DNA from: Octopus bimaculoides | Taxonomy: Eukaryota | Assembly (NCBI RefSeq): GCF_001194135.2 | Contig: NC_068991.1 | Location: 9,476,982 to 9,540,981, forward strand | Direction of reading: 5' to 3' | Length of the DNA: 64,000 bases | Shown: piece by piece, positions 15,001-25,452 of the stretch | Layout of the letters: each line of letters opens with the position of its first letter | Position numbering within the stretch: position 1 is the first letter of the stretch | Notes under the pieces: generated by a model | What the model was told of the DNA's origin: nothing | Database searches by the model: none | The model's input: the letters and a program-made list of their open reading frames with translations, nothing else | Made by a program: the position numbers and the translations under genes

Positions 15001-15394
15001 TCTTTTATCAATATCGTCGTCCTGGTCATTGTAAAAGATTTCTTCAATTACTTTTATGGTACAGTAGTGCCTTATTGAATGACATCCACTTGAAATAAAT
15101 AAATAAATATAAGACTGGTTGCTACTCATAATTACTAGACTACAACTGATAACATAGTCATTAGTTTTCATTCTTTACAGCTAGTATTTTAGCCCCAGGA
15201 AATACACTTCACTTTGCTTGTTAAGAAAATTTGAAGGGTTTATTTTAAGAAATATATATATTTTTTCTTTACATGAAGGTCATTCACTTATGAAAAACAA
15301 TTGGTCCAGTATTACAGAATACCTAAATCAGACATTGTTAGCGTTGTAAAATGGTATTAGAAATTAAAACCTTGCTGAAACATTCTTTACTGAA

Positions 15395-15425
<31 letters not shown>

Positions 15426-15427
<2 letters not shown>

Positions 15428-15763
15428 TTTTCATAATCGGTCATAATGTCTTACGTTTAAGATGATTCCCATGCTTTCCCTGATGAGAAGGTTACAATTT
15501 TAATATCAAAGATCCCTATGGATCACACAGGTTGTAATCCTTTGAAACATATGTAGGAATAAAGTATGCAATTATAACATGCGTTTTCTCCAATCCTTAA
15601 ATTCTTAAATATACTCAAATACCCAAAATTTCAAGGAGTTCCTGCCTTAAAAACAGGAGCTAACCACTGTTATTTTGTGTTCTTTGCTACATTGGTTTCT
15701 ATTAACCCATTTATTCTATCAGAAGAATTTTTATTCATTAAGATAGAAGAAATACACATAATT
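15426..15763 (+). mobile_element. ~340 bp hammerhead-bearing element between two (TA)n arrays (non-autonomous Penelope-like/retrozyme-like)
   Basis: Bounded by (TA)n at about 15398-15425 and 15764-15780, and contains the hammerhead. Family assignment is an inference. Confidence 0.5.
15470..15568 (+). ncRNA. Type I hammerhead ribozyme (Penelope-like/retrozyme type)
   Basis: Core CTGATGA at 15480-15486, GAAA at 15544-15547, GTA cleavage triplet at 15553-15555. Stem I: CATGCT-TTCC / GGAA-(TAA)-AGTATG. Stem II: GAAGG-TTACAA / TTGTAA-(T)-CCTTT. Stem III is the palindrome ACATATGT. Confidence 0.82.
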
Positions 15764-17541
15764 ATATATATATATATATATTTATATTTATTGTGTTGAC
15801 ATTAGTTGATGCAAGTTGATTCATAAAAAAAAAATGTTTTTGCTCTAGTTAATGAAATGTTAATTAGTGAGCTATTAGTAATAGTATTCTGTTTGTTTGT
15901 AAAATTTAATAATCCAGTAACTAATAAGTCCTTGTGGAGTGTGCAATGATTATGATATTGAGAATTAGTGACATTTTCATAAATTAAGGTATAAAGTGGC
16001 TTATATATTTTGAATCTGTACCATTGTCTCACGAAACAATTCTATCACAATACATTTCTGTGTTGACACTGAGAGTATAATCCACCAACTTGTTCCTATA
16101 GAAAATTGGCTGTTTTATCATCATCATCACTATCCTCTGGGCATCACTCTCAAGTCTTTGGACTCATAGTTACTCAGTTTTCATAGTATGTAGGTGACTG
16201 AAGTCACAAAATTCTCCCTTAAGTCAGATGCCAGTCCATTGCAGGGCCACTCATTTACAGCTGAGTGGATTGGACCAACATGAAATGAAGTGTTTTGCTC
16301 AAGAACACTGCACTGCTCAGTCAAAGAATGAAAACCATGATCTTGATGTTGTGAGTTCATCACACTAACCACAATACTTTGTATTAAAATTTTGCTTTCG
16401 TAATTGTAAATTACAAATTTTCTTAAATCATTTTCAGGTGGTGGGGTGGCCATATCAAGCAGTTTGGAGTTTAATTCTTCCTTGTAGTATTTCTCTTTTG
16501 GGCTATCCTTTGGAGATGATATCACAAGGCTAAACCCAAATAGCATTGTGTTTTATCTATTTGTTTGACAATTTTGGGAAAATCTTTTTATTTCTTTAAT
16601 TTTTCTTGAGTTCATAAACAGATTTATACATACATATACTTACACAAAAAATACAAACAAGCAATTCGTGAAAAAATAAGGTGTGTCTGTGTGTTTCACT
16701 GTTCAATTCACTCGCGGACATGAAAGACAATTGGTATATGTGTATGACTGTATGTTACTGAGAACTGAAAGCAAATAAAAAAATAAAAACTTACAGAAAT
16801 TGCTGAGCAAATAGATAAAACAGAACAATCTTTACTTTCAGTTTTGTTCCACCATCTGTTTTGTTTTCCCAATTTCTGCCCAAGTCAACATTGTTCTTCA
16901 TTCTGCAGGAGTCACCAGCAGTCCTGGGCTGATGTAATTCACTATGCTATTAAAGTACAATGTCTGAAACTAGTAAAAGGAAAGAAGAAAAATGAATGTT
17001 AAGAGTTGTTAAAAAAAAAACAAATTTCATTTCCTGTTCAGGAGAGTGAATGCCAGAATAAGTTTTTTCATGTATTAAGTTTTTCTCCCTCACTCTCTTT
17101 AAAACTTTTCTTTACACCTGTGTGTGTGTGTTTGTCATAGTATAACATATATTTCTGTAGCAATTGTTCAGTGACCTGGTCAGCTTTAGTGAAACAGATC
17201 TTTGTAGTTTATAACCAATTGAATGTATAGGAGCATTCTACTATCCCAGTACCTTAAATATGCTTAAATCTTGTTTGTACTGTGTATGTACAAAAGCCAC
17301 ACAGTCGTTGGTTGTGTGGAAGGTTGCATAAGAGATGAGAAAGAATGATTTAGTTGTTTGGTAAGTTTAAATTCCTTGGAATTTATTAGAAGTGTTTTGT
17401 AAATCAACACCGATTGTCTCATGAGATTGAAAATCTATACTCTTATTTTAGAGTATATGCTGTTTGTCTACATTTATATGACAGAGATAGATTTAAAATG
17501 TGTTGCAGTCTAATGTATTTGTGGTTAGACATGTACTTTAA

Positions 17542-18110
17542 CCCTTTAGTGTTCAGATCAATCTGTCAAATGTGATGCTTATTTGTTCACGTTATTTTGA
17601 ATTATTCAGGTTCAGGAGGGGTGACCACAATATTTACTCCTAGCTTTCATTTTTTACATACAGCTTTGAAATTTTGTCAGTGGTTGCTTATATACCAGTG
17701 GATTATAGTTATGTAATTTTAGCTGATCTTGTTGATTAAATTTGACTTTTATGGGCAGGTAAATTTAATTAACATGTGTAAAAGCAATAACATTATGGAT
17801 AAACACTGAAATTTGATGATGTACAAAGTATAAATAAAAACAGTGATTTGTCTTTGGACAAATCATATTGATATTTATGAATCCTCGTCGGATGAGGAAG
17901 ATTTTGATAACGAAAGTGATAAAAAATGGAAGTGATGAAAATGATATTGAAAACCTTATGGCAATATGGTTGAAGATTACATCAACCATAATTCCCAATT
18001 TCACAGAAAGGACTAGTTCACAATACAGTCTACCTCATGATGCTCAAACATTGGACTATTTATTTTTATTTTTACTGAAAAGTTTTTTTTTTAACTGTCA
18101 TGGAGGAAAC
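17542..18110 (+). mobile_element. piggyBac transposon 5' remnant sharing its left end with MITE family 1
   Basis: TTAA|CCCTTTAGTGTTCAGATC end like 8903, followed by acidic YESSSDEEDFDNESD and IPNFTERT...LPHDAQTLDYLFLFL, resembling a piggyBac transposase N-terminus. No right TIR found. Confidence 0.5.
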
Positions 18111-19116
18111 AAATATGCTCAACACATAATTTCTATTCGTGGAAGACCCAATCCACTATGGCAGCCAACTGATACTGCAGAAATGCAAACTTCTTTTACT
18201 CTAAACATTAGGTTTGGTATGAAGCAGCTTCCTCAGCTGTGGAACTATTGTGACATTTTGGCATCCAGATATTGTTTGACATAATCCATGTATTCTAGGA
18301 ATGTATGAAACATTTTGGTGCTGCCTATTTGGCATCACTGATTTTCCACTGGCTTTTGACAACAGATGTTTCAATGTTTTCCTCAATTTCTCTGTCTCTC
18401 TCTCTATCTTCCTATCTGTGAGAGCAATTATGTTTTTATGTATGTGTAATGCCTGTCTCTCTTCCCTCTCTCTCCCTATTTCTGTATGTGTATATGTCTC
18501 CATATGTTTGTCTCCAGTGTCAAAATGTACTGTCAGCCAAAACACAATGTTCGGTCATCCATGCCAGATTGTGAGCATCCAAACAGCTGCACCCTCCCAG
18601 GTCATTCCATACTCTTGGTGTGCTTGCAGTAATCTTTTCACTTCAGTTTTTGTCCTTCATCTGCTGAGCGAAAGTCATTATGAAGTCTGTGATGCTTATG
18701 TGTGGTAGGTGAATAGTCATGTTTGGTGTTGGAAGATTTGTTTGGTACAACAATTAGTGTTTGCAGTACCACATAATTTATAAATGTATGAAGTTGGGGG
18801 TTGGTGAGTTATGTCCTTGGTGTGTGAGAAAATGTGACTGTAATGTCTATAGTCAGTGTGTGACATTCAACAATTCTTTTTCTTTTTTTTATTATTTTTA
18901 ATTCAACTAATGTCAATGTACCAAAATTTTTTAGGTGTCTCACAAAGAATTTTTAGTTATATTTTCACTCCCCCTCTGTTTAAATTTGGCAGTGATATTG
19001 TATATATTTAGAGCAGTTGTCATTAACATTTTCCTTGATAATCATAACAATTTACTGTATAAGAATGTCATTTTATTTTCTAAATGTTTCAGAACTGAAC
19101 TAGAAATCCAAAAATC

Positions 19117-19140
19117 ATGTCTGGTGAAGATCAAATAGAG
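19117..19140 (+). CDS. CNOT4: CNOT4 coding exon 1 (MSGEDQIE); exon probably starts at 19093
   Basis: aaaatcATGtct start, GAG|gtaagt donor, upstream tttcag acceptor at 19092; phase 0 joins exon 2. Confidence 0.8.
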
Positions 19141-22100
19141 GTAAGTAATCTGTTTTACTACTGTTTGTTATTGAATTCTTTCATTATTGAATATAACCTC
19201 CTTAACAAGTCAAATCTTTATTCTAATTCTTTATTAAATTGTCAGTTGTTTAATGGTAGTTTTCTTCAGTAATTTCATTAATTAATGCTACATTTTAGCA
19301 GATCTTTCATCATTCTGCTCTTGGTTTCTGCTGAGACATTAGTGACAAAAAGGTTACAGATTCTGTTATTGAGGTTATAAAGGCTGAGCATAGCAATTTA
19401 GGAATATCTTGATTTTTAAAAGTTGCCAGATGTTTTGTCTACAAAGTTTATAAGGAGTCAGGGACTGAAGATGGAAATGTATCAACAGTATCAAAGCATA
19501 AAATGCATTCTAAGCACTCTGAACTCATCAGAACACTTGAATTTATCCAGCAAGTTCAACAGACCATTGATTACAATCCCAGAAAGTCCATGAAGTCAAT
19601 TGCAAAAGATCTCCATGTGTCAGAAGGAACAGTCAGAAATGTCCACAAAGACATCAGTTATGTCTTATATGATGAGGAAAGGTCAATTTGTCAGAAAAAG
19701 TAAAAGAAAACCACTACATCAGATCTAAAAGACTCTTAAACAAACTGAAAAATCTGCACTATCACACATGGCTCTAGTAACACAGGATGGATGAAACTTT
19801 TCATGATCACATAATCCCTAACATTTGGCCTCCTAATTCCCCAGATCTCAATCCATTGGACTACTATATGTGGAGCATTGAGCATTGTTGAGAGAGAGGT
19901 CAATGAACGTGCTCGTAACACCAAAGATTCTATGAAAGCTGCCATAGTCAGAGTAATGTCCAAAATGAACCAGGACCACTTGATTCGAGCATGGAGATGA
20001 TTTAGAAGCAGTTGTTGAAGCTGAAGGTGGCTTTATTGGATAACATTATAGTAAAGAAGGTTTATTTTTATCCTCGTAGCATTTTTTGTTATAGCTGTTT
20101 TTTTATGAACATAAATCTGTCCTCAAATATCTTATGCACACTGTATAGCTGACCAAATCATTAAGATTTCAGCCTTCAAGCTAATTAAGAAACTTGCCAG
20201 TTCACATAACTATAAATACCTAAATGAAGGAGTTCAGTCAATGACTATAAGCAGTAGTCACCTGTATGATTGATAACTTTTAACTTGCTGTGCTGGGTTC
20301 ACATTCACCCAGGATACTACAGTTGGCAGCAAGAAAACCTGAATTTTGCATTCAACAGAATTGCTAAGCATTAACATTACCCACAGTCAACCTTTTCTGA
20401 TAACCAACCAGTTCTTTAGTATTTTCCACATTCACATTATGTAGCCTGGGGTTCAAACTTCTGCTAAAAATATTTGTGTATCATTGTTGAAACTAGGATT
20501 TTACATTTGTGCGATTTTTAAAACAATTTTAAAACCATCTTGACTATAGATATTAAAATATCTGTTCAATGTATTTTCTATTTTCAGTGTCCACTATGTA
20601 TGGATCCTCTGGAAATAGATGATAAAAATTTCTTCCCTTGTACATGTGGTTATCAGGTAAGTAAACTTTGCTTTTTGGGTTATTTTATAGAGAAGATAAT
20701 AAATGAAGGGAGAAGTATGATAGAATAATTCAGAAATCTCACCAGTTTAAATTTTCATTAAGTAAATGATTTTGTTGTCTGTTCCAACAATTTTAGATTA
20801 CCCCACCTCCCTTCTGTGAATATAGATGAATATACAGTATGTAGAGTGATTCAACTTTACTTTTTTTTCTCTCATTCATTTAATAGTGAACATTAATCTA
20901 GTCTAAAATGTCCAAGTCAGTAACTGCTGTGTTTGTTGTGCTGTATTTGAAAGCAACTTAAAGTCGAAGTATATATCAAAGTTCATTGAATATGTTATCA
21001 CTGGCACAGATAGTAGGTTTCAAGGCCCCATTGCTGTTAGGGGTCAGTTGAATATCAGTACTAGAGGTAAGGTCAATGTCACCAAGTAACTATCTCAAGG
21101 AGCTAGTAACAACACATGGTAAAGAAATTGATAAAAGATTGGTCACTATCAAAATCTACTTAAGTGAGTGTATTTTTTTTTCTATGCAATAAGGCAACGT
21201 AACTAGAGAATCAAGATGCATTTGTTTCTATAACCTCTGTATTGTACTCCTGGTGTAAGTAACTGTAGGGAAGACATGTGACTTGGGAGCCACACCCCCG
21301 CTATCCTCTCAACATGTAAATGTTCAAATTTCTAAAAGTCTTACTTATGTAGAAAAACGCATGGAACATAAAGAGTAAAAGTCATCATTATTTAATGTCA
21401 GCATTTCCTTGCTTCAGATGAAATTTATTGAATCAGATTTTCTATGGCAGGATGCCCTTCTTGTCATCAACTCTCACCTGTTTCCAAGCAAGGTGATATT
21501 TCCCCATGGCCAGACCTCTTTTTCACAGGAGACTGGACATGATCAACATTCATTTGTATGATGGTGATGCTCATTACAACCATCGTGTGATGGTTAGACA
21601 AGGGGACACACACACAACAGGCTTTTCTCAGTTTCTGTTTACCAGATTCACTCACAAGGCTTTGGTCACCCCATGGCTATAGTAGAAGACACTTGCCCAA
21701 GGTACTCCACAGTGAGACTGAACCAAAGATCATATGGTTGGGAAGCAAGCTTCTCAATCACACAGCCACACCTGTAAAACAGAAAAAGAAACTTAGTCCA
21801 ATTAGTGTTTTTTTTTTTTATGTGCATTTGTCACTGATCAGTTAACCTTTTTCCTTTTACTTGTATATTTTGTCAGAGACATCTAAGAAATAAGTATCTA
21901 AAATGATTATCAAACAATATTGCACAGTTTTGATTTATTTCTTTCGAAACATTTAATGATGTTAATACTAACTATATTTTGGATTTGAATTTTTGTGCTG
22001 AGGTCGATGATCATGCTTTGAGCAAGTGAGACATTGACATCACATATCAAGACAAGTGGCGAAACATGTTAAGCTGTGACCTTTTGTGCATCAACTTATT

Positions 22101-25100
22101 TCACTCCCACACCTTTTTAGCCTCTTGTTGAGCTATTCAGCTGTTGTTACAACTTTCTGCCATCAACTACATACGATAACATTGTTCCATTACCTCAACA
22201 ATGTGTTGCTACTGCACACTGTGGTCTACAAGGAAACAGAACAGTCCATTCCGTAGAAAAGTTATTTTTTAGTCACTAACTAGTACAATGATGTGTGAAT
22301 TTGACCTAAAATCTAATCTTGAGTCAGCTCTTAAATATTATTATAAGCTTTCAGTAAAGTATGTTACAGGAGTGCTATTCAGAAGCACAACTTTCTGAAG
22401 GCAATTTGCCAAACTTACTATGAACCAGTTTGTATGTGTTGACTTCTGAGTTTTGAGACAAAGAAACTTTATTTGTATGATTAATTTATTTTTGGAACAA
22501 CTTAAAGCTATAGGCTAACTTAGCATGCAGAAGGAAGTTGTCAGAACCATTTAGATCACTGGTCTCTGCACTTTCCCATGACCTTATGATCTAGCTTGGA
22601 GATAGACCATTATTACTATTCCAGCATAGAATTAATTTACTTGGTTGTGTAATCATCTTTAGACTATCACATCAACTATTGATGGACTAGATGTTAGAAA
22701 CATCTATTTGATTCACCATCATTGTTTGGTAGTAGAGCTGGTCATATCTGCTTAAGCACATCTCTGGCATGGACAATTTATTTGATTAGCATTTCATGAG
22801 TGGCTATCCTGTCTTCATTGGGAGGCATGTTCTGATAAGGTTTTAAAAATGTTTTAATCTTGATTAAAATGTAGTACAGAAATTTGGTAACTACACTGTT
22901 AGGATCAAGTGACTTACTGCCAATTGGTTCAGTGGTTATCGACATGAAATTTGCCAGGTCTACTGTCATTTGGTACACCTACGCAGTTGTTTCAATTCTT
23001 TACAACCAGGATCACCTTAACTTATGCTTTCTGTGTAATCAGTTTAAAGACGTTTTAGGCTTTAAGGTAAATACGAGATGACTGGAAAAATTGCCTTTCG
23101 TGATAATAAAGGATGAGCACTTTCATTAACAAAAGTAACATTGGCACTATACGTCTATCAGGCTTCTGAGAGAAAGGTGGTGAGGGCACAACATACTAAC
23201 TCTAGCAGTGCTTGAACTTATGACCTTAGTCAGCCTCCACCTTAGCTTCAAGGCTTATTACCAAAATGGAAATTATTCTATAAATATAGAACCTGTAAAC
23301 TACGAAACGCAGATGGACCCAAAGAAGACCTGGAGTAGGGAGTGCATGTCATTGAGGTTTGCAAACCTAACTGATTGATTGGTTAAAGCGTTAATGAATT
23401 GGCTAATAATAATAATAATAAGTGAAATAGAACCAGTGCATATGTTTATTATTGGCATAATGACCCACCCAAGATACAGCGAAATTATTCTAATTTTCAT
23501 ATCCAGTATTCTAAATTATTTTTCTATATTTCTTTATTCACATTTAGATATTTATCTCAGATTTCCTACTATGATTTTGCTTAATCACAGTTTCCCAGTG
23601 TGACTTGTACTTAATCCTGTTGTTTCATTTATTAGTAATTTAACTTCTTTTGTATCTTTTATACTTTTGCACACACCAGAATTCTTTGTTCATTGTACTC
23701 ATAAATATATCTCTTGGCATTCAACCATTATGTCTATGTATTTGGTTATGTCAAAGCTATTTCTGGTTGACTTGGCTGGCTAGCTGACTTGTTATTGCTG
23801 CTAGTGTTGTAGTGGTGGTTGTTGTTGTTAATGAGGATTCTAACTAGTAGCTGCTTACAACAGCTAACTGCATGTCTTGCATGCCATTACAGTAGGGGAC
23901 TTTTAAGAAACATTTTTGTTGTTTTTTGTTTTTAAACTAGGAAAACAAATTTTGTCATATGAATGGCTTAACTACAAATGTCTTGTAACTTTACACATCA
24001 TTCTTACTACATGTTATTCGAGAAGACATAGCAGGTGCAAATATTGATTTCTTAAGTTGCGAGGCCTTAGGTTTATATAGGCAGAAATAAGATCAGGACA
24101 TTCATCCTGTTGTCAAGGGCATTAGTAACAACATAAGATGAAGTTGAGTAGTTGTAGATGTAAGTCAAAATGGATCACATTTGGCTTGCTGGTTATTTAG
24201 CTTTACTCCAAGACACCCACAAATTGCTATAAATATTGAATATGAACCAAATAATTTTTTTTTATTTCTTTTTCCCCCTCTGATAATATAAATTAAATGA
24301 GTTTCTAAACTTCTCTACTCCTATTATTGAGTTCTTAGTATTTAATCAAAGTTTTTACTTTTAACATCAGTTAATGCACTTACTTAAGCCCTTTGACCTT
24401 CAAAAAAAGCTGCTGGCCTTGTGCCAAAATTTTGAAACTGATACAATAGTAACTTAATGTGCAGGTATGGTGGCTTAATAAGTTCACTTTCAAGCTACAG
24501 GGTTTTCAACTCATTCCCACTGTGTGCCACTCTGGACATGTGCCTTCTACTGTCGCCCATGGTCAACCAGTGCTTTGTGGATGTACTTGGTAGATAAAAA
24601 CTGCCTGCAAGCGTATTTTTCTCTCTCAATGCTTGACAACTGGTGTTAGTTTGTTTATATCCTCATAACTTAGTGGTTCAATAAGAGATGACTCATAAAG
24701 TGCCAGGTTTAAAATATGTACTGAAGTTGATCAACAAAACTCTTCAAGGTTGCCCCAGTATAACCACAGTCCATAACAAACCACTAAAAGAACAAAGCAA
24801 ATATAACAGATTTCAAGACAGCCATTATTTTTAAAATAAGATTTTAAAAATTTGCTGATGGATTGTAGGTATCTCTTCTATTCTTTTACCTGTTTCAGCC
24901 ATTGGACTGTGGCCATGCTGGAGCTCTACACAGAAAAGTTTTTAGTGGTACAAATTGATCTCCAGTTCTTTTTTTTTTAAGCCTGGTACTTATTCTGTCA
25001 GTCTCTATTGTTGAACCCACTAAATTACAGTTAAACAAATGGATACCAGTTGTCAGGCAGTGAAGGGGTAGAACACACACACACAAGTTTTCCAAATTCA

Positions 25101-25418
25101 CTCTCAGAGCATTGTTTAGCCTGGGGTTATAGTAGATGCTTACCCAAGGTGCCATGCAGCAGGCCTGAATCTGAAACTATGGTTGCAAAGCAAGCTTCTT
25201 AAAATTGCACAGCTAAGCCTGCATTTAAAAAGAAAGAAAAAAAAAAAAGCAAAAGACAAAAGTGCACTCACTTAGGCAGTTTGAACCTGCAACGCTCGGA
25301 TTACTCTCTAACTCATAAGTCTGACGCTCTTTCAACTGAGCAATTTTAGTGGTAGAACTAGAATAACTGAAACTGTAGTCAACATGGTCGAGAAAGAATG
25401 GTTTAGTGTTAGTTAGGA

Positions 25419-25452
<34 letters not shown>

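Noticed and set aside
16181-16546. 121-aa minus-strand ORF as a possible nested gene
   Set aside because: Half of it overlaps a SINE; no recognisable domain, convincing splice sites or partner exons.
18200-18700. Possible pogo/Tigger DDE fragment on the minus strand (WMTEH..FWLTVHF after a frameshift)
   Set aside because: Similarity too short and frameshift-dependent to call without a profile search.
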